From the NCBI RefSeq assembly GCF_009914755.1, contig NC_060930.1: a stretch of DNA of 64,000 nt, one strand, 5' to 3'. The notes under the pieces are model-generated. The model searched no databases. It saw only the letters and a program-made list of their open reading frames with translations, and was not told where the DNA came from. Positions within the stretch are counted from its first letter, which is position 1. Each line of letters begins with the position of its first letter. This stretch comes from the human T2T-CHM13v2.0 reference genome, Homo sapiens. Of this stretch, positions 43,501-64,000 are shown piece by piece. A program made the position numbers and the translations under genes.

Positions 43501-43953
43501 GACTTGGAACCAACCCAAATGCCCATCAATGATAGACTAGATAAAGAAAATGTGGCACATGTACACCATGGGATACTATGCAGCCGTAAAAAAGGATGAG
43601 TTCATGTCCTTCACAGGGACATGGGTAAAGCTGGAAACCATCATTTTCAGCAAACTAACACAGGAACAGAAAACCAAACACCACATGTTCTCACTCATAA
43701 GTGGGAACTGAACAATGAGAACACATGGACACAGGGAGGGGGACATTACACACTGGGGCCTATCGATGGGTGGGGGGCAAGGGAAGGGATAGTATTAGGA
43801 GAAATATCTAATGTAGGTGATGGGTTGATGGGTGCAGTAAATCACCATGGCACATGTATACCTATGTAACCTGCACGTTCTGCACATGTATCCCAGAACT
43901 TAAAGTATAATACAAAATAAATATATCAAAATAAATTATGAAAAAAAGAGAAA
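37548..43953 (+). mobile_element. Full-length LINE-1 (L1PA7/8-like); ORF1 about 38848-39872 and ORF2 about 39933-43540, both disrupted
   Basis: 5'UTR CAAGATGGCTGAATAGG, ORF1 coiled-coil pieces, EN (VGDFNTPLS), RT (LFADDMIVY), G-rich 3'UTR, A tail; TSD AAAMGTAATTTGTG at 37534-37547 and 43954-43967. Confidence 0.96.
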
Positions 43954-43986
43954 AAAAGTAATTTGTGCTTGATAGTGAAACCTAGG

Positions 43987-44536
43987 TGTATTAGTGAGGG
44001 TTCTCTAAAGGGACAGGACTAATAGGATATATGTATATATAAAGAGGAGTTTATTAAGGATTATTGACTCACAGGATCACAAGGTAAAGTCCCATGATAG
44101 GCTGTCTGCAAGCTGATGAGCAAGGAAGCCAGTCTGAGCCCCAAAACCTCAAAAGTAGGGAAGCCGACAGTGCAGCCTTCAGTCTATGGCCAAAGTCCTG
44201 AGAGCCCCTGGCAAACCACTAGTGTAAGTCCAAGAGTCCAAAAGCTGAAGAGCCTGGAGTTCTGACGTTCAAGGGCAGGAAGCGTCCAGCACAGGAGAAA
44301 GATGAAGGCTGGAAGACTCAGCAAGTCTGCGCTTTCCACTTTCCTCTGCCTGCTTTATTCTAGCTGTGCTGGCAGCTGACTAGATGGTGCCCACCCAGAT
44401 TGAAGTTAGGTCTGCCTCTCCCAGTCCACTGACTCAAATGTTAATTTCCTTTGGCAACACCCTCACAGACACACCCAGGAACAATACTTTGCATCCCTCA
44501 ATCCAATCAAGTTGATGTTTAATATTAACCATCACA
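43987..44536 (-). mobile_element. MLT2A (HERV-L) solo LTR
   Basis: Reverse strand TGTGATGGTTAATATT...TTGATTGGATTGA...AGAACCCTCACTAATACA; TSD CTAGG/CTTGG. Confidence 0.9.
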
Positions 44537-45486
44537 CTTGGCAAATCATAATGCTAAATAGAATCATCATATGGATAACTTCCTGGAAATAGAGTAGCTG
44601 ATTTTATCAAATATGAAAAATAATTTTTGTATGTGATGCTGGTGCTATTGGCATACACTACAGGCTTTTGGTTGCAAGCAATAAAAACAGACTAACTGAC
44701 TTAAGCATGAAAGAAGTTATTGAAAGGACTTGGGATAGCTCACAGAATCAAAGGAAAAGATGAGGATCTTGAAAGGACAGGGATCAAAGCTGCTCCAGGG
44801 CCCCAGGCAGAAATACATCATGGAAGAGACCCTCAGTTTCTTCAGGGCTCTCCTCTTGGCAGAATGCAGCGCCTCCGACTATTTTCATTGTTAGCTCCCT
44901 CCTCTCAACATTCATATCCTCAGAGGGGAAGATTAATGGGCTTAGTTTGAGTCACGTTTGCCAGGCTAAGGAACAGTAGGTCTTGTTTGACAGTCTTACC
45001 CAGACCAAAATGAAACCAGAAAGGGAAATGCAAACAGGCACCTTCAATCCTACAGATACCCCTACAATGGCCTTCCTGAAGAGTTGTGCTCCGAGTTCTA
45101 TGCAGTTCTCACTGAGGTGACCACAATCCCCATCCTGCCTTTCTTTTGATTAAATATATGCTTTTGAGAGTTGCCTGTTTGGGAATGGCCAAAGAATAAT
45201 TTTGTTCTGTGAATCCACTTGTGAATACAGTCTATTTGCAAATAAATCTGAAACTCTATCCAAATTAGCTCCTATAAGATTTATCTGTTGCAGTACTTTA
45301 CATTTTTCTGTTAAAATATCCCCAGTGAGAAAGTAAATAATAGAGAATGAATGGATAAGCAAAGATGTCCACCAGAAGCCAAACCTTTTTTCAGAATGTC
45401 ATGTTTTAACTTACCATTTTATTCACATTTTGCAGTACTTACTTTATATTTTCCTCTCTCAAAATCTTTATAAAATTGACCCTCTT

Positions 45487-45786
45487 GGTGGGGCGTGGTG
45501 GCTCAGGCCGGTAATCCCAGCATTTTGGGAGGCCGAGGCGGGCGAATCACGAGGTCAGGAGATCGAGACCACAGTGAAACCCCATCTCTACTAAAAATAC
45601 AAAAAATTAGCTGGGTGTGGTGGCTGGTACCTGTAGTCATAGCTACTTAGGAGGCTGAGGCAGGAGAATGGTGTGAACCCAGGAGGCGGAGCTTGCAGTG
45701 AGCCGAGATCGCCCCACTGCACTCCAGCCTGGGCAATAGAGCGAGACTCTGTCTCAAAAAACAAAACAAAACAAAAAACAAACAAA
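45487..45786 (+). mobile_element. AluY-type with a 12-bp left-arm deletion (AluYd-like)
   Basis: GAGATCGAGACC^ACAGTGAAACC; TSD AAAATTGACCCTCTT. Confidence 0.88.
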
Positions 45787-46289
45787 AAAATTGACCCTCT
45801 TGCAGAAAAGCCCTATTTGTATTGGGGTTTTTCTTTCTCCTTGGCACACTGACATGTATCCCAAGTATATAAAGCACAGAAGTATAGAAATAAGGGAACT
45901 CTTACATGATTTTTCTTACTATTGTGTGGGACTTCAACTCTTATGTGCTAGACCTACAGTTCTTTCTAAGGAAGACTAATAATGCATGATGAGTAATAAT
46001 TTATACCCACTGACATTGCCTGGATATTTATCATTAGAATTCCCGAGCTGTGAGGGCCTTGAGAAGGAATCTAGCCTTTTACAGATAAAGGAGCTCAGGC
46101 TCATAGGGGTGAAGTAACTGTCATATTCACACCTACAGGAAGAGGCAGAGCTAGAACTTGATTGTACCTGAGTTTTCTTACTTCCATCCAGCACTCTTCT
46201 GACTACAGCATTTGCAGCAATATAAGATTCACTCAGTACATTCTACTCACAAACAGTATCTAGAATAGTCATATGTCCAATAAAGTATC

Positions 46290-46640
46290 TGCAGTCATCT
46301 GTTCTGGTGGCCATAACTAAATGCCATAGACTGGGTGCTTAAACAACAAATTAATTTTGTCACAGTTCTGGAGGTTGGAATTCCAAGATTAAGGTGCTGT
46401 CAGGGTTGGTTTCCGGTGAGGCCTCCCCTCCCAGTCTCTTATCTGTGCACGCAGGGAAAAAGAGAGAGCATGCAGTGCATTTTGGTTTCTCTTCTTCTTA
46501 TAAGGACACCCAGATTAGGGCCTCACCCTTATAACATTATTTAGCTTTATTTACCCTCCTAAAGGCCCCATCTCCATGTACATTCACACTGGGGGTTAGG
46601 GCTTCAACATATGGATTTTGGAGGGACCCAATTTACTTAA
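46290..46640 (-). mobile_element. MLT1 (A-C type) LTR
   Basis: CACAGTTCTGGAGG...CCAAGATTAAGGTG...GGGGTTAGGGCTTCAACATATG. Confidence 0.75.
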
Positions 46641-48180
46641 TAATATAATTTATCTATATCTATCTATCCATCCATCCATTCATCTGTTCTTCATTGAGTT
46701 GATTAATTACTTCACTAGAAAAGAGAACAAAAGATGGGGAGAAGGATAAAGTAGAAAAGGATAAGCAAATTTTTTAAAGCCTAATTATCACCCACTTATA
46801 CTTAAGTAGAATATTTTTTTCTAATTAGATAATTACCTATCAATCTTGGAAAGCAGCTGGAGACCAGGATTGGGATGCAGGGCTGGTGACATTTAGAAGG
46901 AAGAATGAAATACAGAATATGAGATGTTGTACCAAGGCCCTGGATGGTAGGTGTAGGTTGAGTGTCACTTGAGTTGGAGAAGGGAGAGTCATTTTGGGCA
47001 TTGAGAAAAGGGACTACTTGGGGGTAGATAGGTAAAGGGAAGATAAACTTCCAAAGACTAGTTTTTCTTGATACCTTTCAGTGTTTGTTTCTTCATCTGT
47101 AAATTAAGGATTATAGTAATATCTCCTAGAGTTAATTTTCTTGAATAAAACTTATATAAAAAAGGACATTTTTTTCTATCTGCTCCCCATAATTTGCAAA
47201 TCTGCTCCTCTCTCCCAATGGAGACATTGCTCAATATCCCAGATGCCAATCATATGGTCACATGTAAGTGGTACCCCCCAGGGTTATGCAGTGGACAGCA
47301 TGTGTCTATGCTGAAGTCCCTTGTCTTTTCTCCATGGACCCCAAACATTGCAAATTACAGTTGCTTAGCCCTGCCAAGAGTCAGAACTGAGCCATTGCCT
47401 GGTCATATACCTCCTATGGGCTGCTCCCTTGGTAATACAAATTCTGGTTAGAGCCTTTAAGTTGGCCCCTGTAAGGGCTTGCTTGTTCTTAGATGGATTA
47501 ATCTCCCATTCAGCCTTGGGTTAGTGGGTGACAATGTCATCCCAGTTTGGAACCTAAGAAGCAAGAGCTGAAATAAATGAAAAGGAGCTAGTGCTTTTTT
47601 CTGGCATACATACAGTCTCACTGGAAATTACTGCTTTGATCAGAGCTGATATTTTCACTAAACAGCTTTCTTAGTATCTACTCAGAATTGCTCAAAATAT
47701 CAAGTTTAAAGGGTTTCTTTGGACACTTTAAAAATTTCTGCTATGCAGCATATACGACAGCAGGAAATGCTGTAGACTTATCTACCTCTGATGTGGGCTT
47801 TCTGCTAATGCCTTTGCAAAGGGGCTCAAAAGTCTTCTCCAAATCTGCTTGGTTGCACCTGTGAGTCTCCTCCCTTACTTCAGAGAGAGGATGTTCATGG
47901 ATGTCTTAGCTGTAGAAGGGTAAGTTAACTTCAAGGCTGATGGTCAGAAAACTCTCCTTCCTTACACGGAATTGTTTTTTCTCTATAGGTGTTTCCTATC
48001 TCCCCTCAGCAAATAATGCTCTGGTGTTGAGGCTACAGCTGAAGAGTCTGGTCTTATTATAAAATAGCCATTAACGTAGGGGAAAGGAGGTTAGAAGGGT
48101 CTGATGGCATTTAGCTCTTTCATGATTTTTATCTGTAGGTTATATGAGTTTCACCAACACTAAGAAACTGAATAATAACA

Positions 48181-48448
48181 ATTTTTTTTTGAGACGGAGT
48201 CTTGCACTGTTGTCCAAGCTGGAGTGCAGTGGTGCGATCTCGTCTCACTGCAATCTCCGCCTCCTGGATTCAAGTGATTCTCTAGACTCAGCCTCCCAGT
48301 TAGCTAGTATTACAGGTGCTCACCACCATGCCCAGCTAATTTTTTGTATTTTTAGTAGAGATGGGGTTTCACCACATTGGCCAGGCTGGTCTCAAACTCT
48401 TGACCTAGTGATTTGCCTTCCTCCACCTCCCAAAGTGCTGGGATTACA
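48181..48448 (-). mobile_element. AluS, 5'-truncated
   Basis: Alu body; flanking GAATAATAA repeat. Confidence 0.88.
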
Positions 48449-49453
48449 GAATAATAATTTTCTAAAGCTCTCTTCATCATGCATCATGGCTCAGTTATGT
48501 CACCCATCATTTAGTTAATTTGATATTTTGCTCTTAGCTAAATTTGCTTAGCCAAATATGCACACAAATGAAATAACTGCCGTCTTTACAAGTCACCCAG
48601 AAACTCAATGTTTTTGCATCACATACCATAATTGATGGGGAATTAAATTGGATTCTTGCTGGCATATCAGTCTGAAGCCCCAGGGAATGGTAAAAGTGCC
48701 CATGTTTGTGAGAATAAACCTTGTGGAACTGGTGTCATTCCAGTTAATAAAAATGGATTATCTTAATGGTTTGATTCAGGGGTCTTACTAGCATAGTCTC
48801 AGCCCTAGGATTGCCTTCATTCTAGGTGGTATCTGTTTTTGACAGGACAGAGGTGGTGTAATGGATTTCCCCATCTTTTTCTAAAACAAGATATTGTTTT
48901 AACATTCTCTATGGGTTTCCACAAAACACGGTTTTTAAGAATCCAATATAAAGGATTTTATTTAATACCTATTTTCAACATTCAAAACAGTCACTGACAA
49001 TTGCCTTCAGAGTGGGAGTGTTCTTAACCCAATCAATCTCCATATTAGAAAAACACTTAGTATATAGTCCTTTTGCTCAATCTATTCTCTTCCACACCAC
49101 ACAACCCCACAACTGCCACAACCTCCCTCACCCTGGATTAAATCACTGTTATTCAGGCCTATAGTACTAATTTTTTACTTAGAATTTATCAACCACTTTT
49201 TTTTCCCCTCAATTCCCAATGTCACTGAAAATTGTCTGAATAGGCAATAAATTTCTGTGTATTGTATGAAAAGTAGCTCATGATTCACCTGGAAATGTAA
49301 TGAAATTCCAAACTGGGATCCCTGTGTTGGTTATGTGTTTTTTGTTTTATTTTTTGTTTGTTCGTTCATTTTTAAGAGACAGGATCTTGCTCTGTCACCC
49401 AGGCTAGAGTGCAGTGGCATGATCTTGGCTCACTGCAGCCTTGAACTCCTGGG

Positions 49454-50198
<745 letters not shown>

Positions 50199-50875
50199 CT
50201 GGGTTTAAACTATTCTCCTGATTCAGTCTCCCAAGTAGCTGGGATTACAAACTCTCAGCACCTTACCCAGCCAATTTATTTTTATTTTTATTTTTTTGTA
50301 GAAATAGGAGCTTGCTAGGTTGCCTAGGCTGGTCCTGAACTTTTGGCCTTAAGAGATCCTCCCACCTCAGTCTCACAAAGTGCTGGGATTACAGGTGTGA
50401 GCCACCGTGCTCAGCCTATTTTCAATTGTAATTAATCCCAACCGATAATTTTACAAAGATTACTTCCTCCAAATGTTGTATTGACTCACACTCAAACTCT
50501 TAACAGCAGCGTTGTGGGTCCCTTTTTATGGGCAGTCATCAGCATCTATGCGCAGTCTTTACTTTTTGCCAATCCGATGGGTGAAAATAATGGTATCTCA
50601 TTAATTCATTTTTTACTTTCCTGACAACTAGTAAGATAAAAAGGTTTTTATATATTTGTTAGCCTTTGCATCTCCTCTTCTGTTAATTACCTATTCATAT
50701 ACTTTGACCATTAAGCAATCGAGCTCTTCATCTTTTCTAAAAATAAATTTGTAAGGTTTATTTTTATGGTAGGGATATTATCTTTATTTTGTCAGATATA
50801 TTACTAGCATTTTATCCCAAAATATTTTCCAAAATGGCTTGCATTATGATGTCTTTCATCTTACAGAAAAAGTTA

Positions 50876-51013
<138 letters not shown>

Positions 51014-51034
51014 TTAGTCGGGTGTGGTAGCGAG

Positions 51035-58050
<7,016 letters not shown>

Positions 58051-58168
58051 ATCCTTCAGATAATCAAATTAGTCAATCTTTTATACATAGAGCACATACT
58101 ATAAATACATAGATACATACAGTAAAATATATTTGTGTGTTTATATACATTTAGTGTGTATTTATGTG

Positions 58169-58354
58169 TGTTTATGTAGATCTGAGTTTCTAACCTATCT
58201 CATTTGCCTTTTCTCTGAATAACTTCTTTTAACATTCTTTGTAAGGCAAACCTACTAGAAACAAACACCCTCAATTTTTGTCTGTCTGAGAAAGTTTTCT
58301 TTTTCCTTCACTTTTGAAGTATAATTTTGCAGGGTACAGAGTTCTAGGTTGGTG
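58169..58354 (-). repeat. Inverted copy of L1 segment 60038-60218
   Basis: Reverse complement aligns end to end, roughly 85-90% identical by eye. Confidence 0.85.
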
Positions 58355-59031
58355 TAATATATATATATATATACACTAAATGTATATACATGCACATATG
58401 TATCAATGTGTATATATAAGAATATATGTATATATGTGACCAATGTTTCAGTATTCTATGTCACTTAGAAGTTATTGATGCAACTTATATCAATTAGTCA
58501 ATTAACTAACCTGATTTCATATTATTCCAGGTCTTAAAGTTAATTAAAGATTTTGGAAATTCTATTTAAGATGATACATTACAGATCATAATTAATGTTG
58601 ATATAAAAAGTTTCTCAGAATTTATATAGTTCTAAACTGTTGAGTTTATAATTTTATATTTTTCCTAATTTAAAACATTATATGGGAGTAAATGTATCTG
58701 ATCAGTAACTCAGTGCAAAAATTCAGGAAGTTTATACTGACTAGTTTCTTTATGTGAAGATAAATCCAGGGAATGAACTTAGAAATTTTTTTAAAAACCC
58801 AAACTATCAAGCCAGTGTGATTTACCTAAGGATTTTGGATTGTTAAATAAAAATGCTTGTGACCTAGTAGTTTTTGTCAAAAAGGGATTTCACCCCCTAA
58901 AAAACTAGCACATATTAATAGTTTCTTATTATCTGGGAGTTCTAGGGATATTAGATGTATATAATACTTTTTAGCCTCTAAAGCTAATAAGAATAAAGTT
59001 CCTTTTACTGAAGAGACTTTATAATCTAAAT

Positions 59032-59190
59032 CAGGTGTTGGCAAACTTTTTATGGGTACAACCCAATATATATATATTTTAGACTTTGTAGGCCTTGAGT
59101 TCTCTGTTGTTACTACTCAACTCTGCCATAAACTGCTGTATTCATAAATGAATGGATGTGGCTGTGTTCCAATAAAACTTTACAAAAACA
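59032..59190 (+). mobile_element. MER58A DNA transposon
   Basis: CAGGTGTTGGCAAACTTTTT...CTACTCAACTCTGCC...TGGCTGTGTTCCAATAAAACTTTA. Confidence 0.8.
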
Positions 59191-61120
59191 AGTACCTTAC
59201 AACCACATTACCAATAGTAGATATACAGCAGTTCCTTTTACCCAGCACATCATGTCTGGCTATCAACAAAAAATTGCAAGGCATGCTAACATGCAAAAAA
59301 TACAGTTTGAAAAAGAGCATGAATCAGAATCAGACCGAGATATAGCACAGATGTTGAAATTATCAGACCAGGAATTTAAAACAACTGTGATTAATATCCT
59401 AAGGACTCTAATGGAGAAAGTAGACAGCATGCAAAAATAGATAGGCAATGTAAGCAGAGATGGAAATTCTAAGAAAGAGTCAAAAAGAAATGTTAGAGAT
59501 CAAAATTACTGTAACAGAAATGAAGAATACCTTTGATGGGCTCATTAGTAGACTGCGCACAGTTGAGGAAAAATATCTCTGAGCTTGAGGGTATACCACT
59601 AGAAATTCCAAAACAGAAAAGCAAAGACAGAAAAGATTAAGGAGAAAAATAAACAGGATATCTAAGAACTGTTGGGACAACTAAAAATTGTGTAACTATG
59701 TTAAGTGGAGATTCCAGAAAAAGAAGAAAGAGAAAAAGAAAAAAAAACATTTGAAGCAGTAACAACTGAGAATTTCCCCCAAAGTAACATCAGATACCAA
59801 ACTTCAGGGTCAGGAAGCTCATAGAATACCAAGCAGGATAAATGCCCCCAAAACTACACCTAGGCATATCATATTCAAACTTCAAAAAGTCAAAGATAAG
59901 GAAAAAGTCTTGAAAGAAGTCGGAGAGAAAAAACACCTATGAAGGAGGAAATATAAGAATTACATCCAGCTTCTCAGAAACTATGCAAACAAGAAAAGAG
60001 TAAAGTGAAATATATTAGTGTTGAAAGAAAAAAACCCCACCAATCTAGAACTCTGTAGCCTGCAAAATTATACTTCAAAAGTGAAGGAAAAAGAAAACTT
60101 TCTCAGACAAAAATTGAGGGTGTTTGTTGCCCGCAGATTTGCTTTATAAGAAATGTTAAAAAGAAGTTCTTCAGAGAGAAGGCAAATGAGATAGGTTAGA
60201 AGCTCAGATCTAAATAAAGCAACAAAGAGCAATAAAGAATAAATAAGTGAAGGTAAAATAAATGAATTTATTTTTCTAATTCTTAATTGATCTAACAGAT
60301 AACAGTGTGTTCAGAATGGTAACTTCAACAATGTATTCAATTATGTGAACATATATATTTGATTATGTATGCATAGATATTATATATGTATGCATATGTA
60401 TAAGTGAAATGAATGATAGGAATTATAAAAGGAAATTGGAAGAAGGAATTAGGATTATTTTGTTATTATAAGGTACTTGTACTACCCATGAAGAAGTATA
60501 GTGTTATTTGAAAGTGGACTTGGATTATTTATAAATATATATTGCAAAGTCTAGGGCAACCACTAAAAACAGTAAAAAAAAAAAAAAGAGGTATGACTGG
60601 TATGCTAAGAGAGTATATGGAATCATATAAAAGGCTCAATTTAAACCATAAGAGACAGAAAAAAAGTGGAAGACACAAATAGAAACAAAAAACAAGTACA
60701 GCAAATAGAAAAAAGTAACAAATACAGTAAATATTAATTCAGCTATATCAATAATCACTTTAAACATTAATGGTCTAAATATACTAATTAAAAATCAGAT
60801 AATTTGTTCCTCATTTGGGTCAGTTAAAAAAAAAACAGAGATTGTCAAAGTGAATCTAAAAACAAGATCCAACGATATGCTTTCCATAAGACCCCCACTT
60901 TAAATGTAAATATACATAAATTAAAAGTAAAAAGATGGATAAAGATATACCAGGCTAACACTAACCAAAAGAAAGCAAGAGTAGCTATATTAATTTCAGA
61001 CAGAGGAGACTTCTGAGCAAGGAAACTTGTCAGTAATAAAGAGAAGCACTGTATAATGATAAGGTCAATTCTTCAAGAAGATAGAAAAATCCTTATTATG
61101 TATGTTATGTACCTAACAAA
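59190..61120 (+). mobile_element. Old L1M (L1MC/MD-like) ORF1 and start of ORF2
   Basis: ORF1-like peptides (LSDQEFKTTVIN, EKVDSMQ); EN start ATCACTTTAAACATTAATGGTCTAAAT. Confidence 0.8.
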
Positions 61121-61365
61121 GGAATTGTTTTGTTGTTTCAGGAGAGGAGAGGGAAGAACAAAGGGTACTTTGTCTTGCAACTTGGACACCAGCTTAGCCA
61201 CAGTAGAATAGAGCATTAGGCAGACTCATGAGGCTCCATTCCAGGCCCTAGCTCCCAGATGACATTTCTAGATATACCCTGGGCCAGAGGGAACCTGCTT
61301 CCTAGAAGGAAAGGATACAGTGCTGGCAGAATTTATTACCTGTTGACTAAAGAGACCTTGGGGCC

Positions 61366-63309
61366 TGAGTCAATTAAATTTATGTCCTTTATAAACTACC
61401 CAGTCTCAGGCATGTCTTTATTAGCAGTGTGAGAACAGACTAAGAGAGTAAATTGGCACTGAGAGTGGGATGCTGCTGTAAAGATACCCAAAAATGTGAA
61501 ACCGACTTTGGAACTGGGTAACAGACAGAGGATGGAACAGTTTGGAGGGCTCAGAAGAGGACAGGAAGATGTGGGAAAATTTGGAACTTCCTAGAGGCTT
61601 GTTGAATGGCTTTGACCCAAATGCTGACAGTGACATGGATAATAAAGTCCAGGCTGAGGTGGTCTCAAATGGAGATGAGGAGTTTGTTGGGAGCTGGACA
61701 TGTGGCATTTTGCCCCTGCCCTAGAGATCTGTGGAACTATGAACTTGGGAAACACGATTTAGGGTATCTGGTAGAAGAAATTTCTAAGTGGCAAAGTGTT
61801 CAAGAGGAAGCTGAGCCTGAAAGTTCGAAACGTTTGCAGCCCGACAATGCAGTAGAAAAGAAAAACCCATTTTCTGGGGAGAAATTCAAGCTGGCTGCAG
61901 AAATTTGCATAAGTAACGAGAAGCCAAATGCTAATGACCCAGACAAGGTGTCGGGGTGGAAGTGTCTCCAGGGCATGTCAGAGAACTTCACAGCAGCCCC
62001 TCCCATCACAGGCCAGGAGGCTTAGGAGGGAAAAATAATTTCCTAGTCCTGGTCCAGGTCCAGGGCCCCTCTGCTGTGTGCAACCTCTGGACTTGGTGCT
62101 CCATGTCCCAGCCATTCCAGCCCATGGCTAAAAGGGGCCAAGGTAAGAGGCTGTTACTTCAGAGGGTACAAGCCCCAAGCCTTGGGAGCTTCCACGTGGT
62201 GTTGGTACTGCAGTGTGCAGAAAACAAGAATTGAGGTTTGGGGACCTCAGCCTAGATTTTAGAGGATGTATGGAAATGCCTGAAAGTCCAGGCAGAGGTG
62301 TGCTGCAGGGGCAGGGCCCTTATGTAGAACCTTTGCTAGGGCAGTGTGAAAGGGAAATGTGGGGTTGGAGCCCCCATACAGAGTTCCCACTGGGCACTGC
62401 CTGGTGGATATGTGAGAAGAGGGCCATTGTCCTCCAGACCACAGAATGGTAGATCCACTGACAGCTTGCACCAGGCATCTGGAAAAGCTGCAGATACTCA
62501 ACACCAGTCCATGAAAGCAGCCAGGAGCAGGCCTGTACCCTGCAAAGCCACAGAGGCGGAGCTGCCCAAGGCCATGGGAGCCAACCTCTTGCATCAGTAT
62601 GGCCTGGATATGAAACATGGAGTCAAAGGTGATCATTTTGGAACTTTAAGGTTTAACAACTGTTCTATTAGATTTCGGTCTTGCATAGGGCCTGTAGCCC
62701 CTTTGTTTTGGCCAATTTCTCCCATTTGGAATGGGTGTAGGTACCCATTGCCTGTACCCCTACTGTATCTAGAAGTAATTAACTTGTTTTTGATCTTACA
62801 GGCTCATAGGCGGAAGGGGCCTTGTCTCAGATGAGACTTGGGGCTGTGGACTTTTGAGTTAATGCTGAAATGAGTTAAGACTTTGGGAGACTATTGGGAA
62901 GGCATGATTGGTTTTCAAATGTGAGGACATGAGACTTGAGAGGGGCTGGGGTGGAATGATATGGTTTGGCTGTGTACCCACCCAAATCTCACCTTATACT
63001 GTAATAATCCTCATGTGTCAAGAGCAGGGCTAGGTAAAAATAATTAGATTATGGGAATGATTTCCCCCATAATGTTCTTTTGGTAGTGATTAAGTCTCAC
63101 AACATCTGTGTTTATAAATGGGAGTTCCCCAGCGCAAGCTCTCTTGCCTGCCACCATTTAAGACGTGACTTTGCTCCTCATTCACCTTGTGCCATGATTA
63201 TGAGGCTTCCCCAGCCATGTGGAACTGTGAGTCAACTAAACCACTTTCCTTTATAAATTACCTGGTCTCAGGTATGTCTTTATTAGCAGTGTGAGAACAG
63301 ACTTATACA
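61366..63309 (+). mobile_element. THE1 (MaLR): truncated 5' LTR, THE1-int, and full 3' LTR 62957-63309
   Basis: Internal GSEEDRKMWENLELPR-type sequence; LTR TGATATGGTTTGGCTGTG...GAACAGACTTATACA. Confidence 0.9.

Positions 63310-64000
<691 letters not shown>

Noticed and set aside
38848-43540. Active L1
   Set aside because: Both ORFs are broken into many fragments and the 5'UTR is CpG-depleted
61421-62834. ORFs of 92-162 aa
   Set aside because: Fragments of the THE1 internal region in shifting frames

Overview
Primate (human-like) intergenic DNA made mostly of transposable elements; I found no intact protein-coding gene. The only host-gene sequence is a decayed leucine-rich-repeat gene, which I recognise from recalled protein sequence as the nephrocan unitary pseudogene NEPNP. 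It has two + strand exons (25954-26848, 36877-37325) with intact splice sites, four premature stops and three frameshifts, and I could not find the signal-peptide/LRRNT exon. Upstream is a ~17 kb nested class-I ERV block: MER4 containing an LTR10 solo LTR, an LTR10C-type gag/pol-less provirus with a ~24-copy leader VNTR and a G-to-A-skewed env, and MER57. An LTR12 lies antisense in the intron, and a full-length L1PA7/8 sits just past the ancestral stop. Downstream are MLT2A, an LTR7-family solo LTR facing a 6.4 kb HERV-H provirus (each inside an Alu), LTR2, an old L1 and THE1. I see no convincing new biological system. The best second-look items are the pattern of NEPNP decay, the APOBEC3-like hypermutation, the leader VNTR and two ~180 bp locally templated insertions. 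Repeat subfamily names come from recalled consensus sequences and need RepeatMasker/Dfam confirmation.
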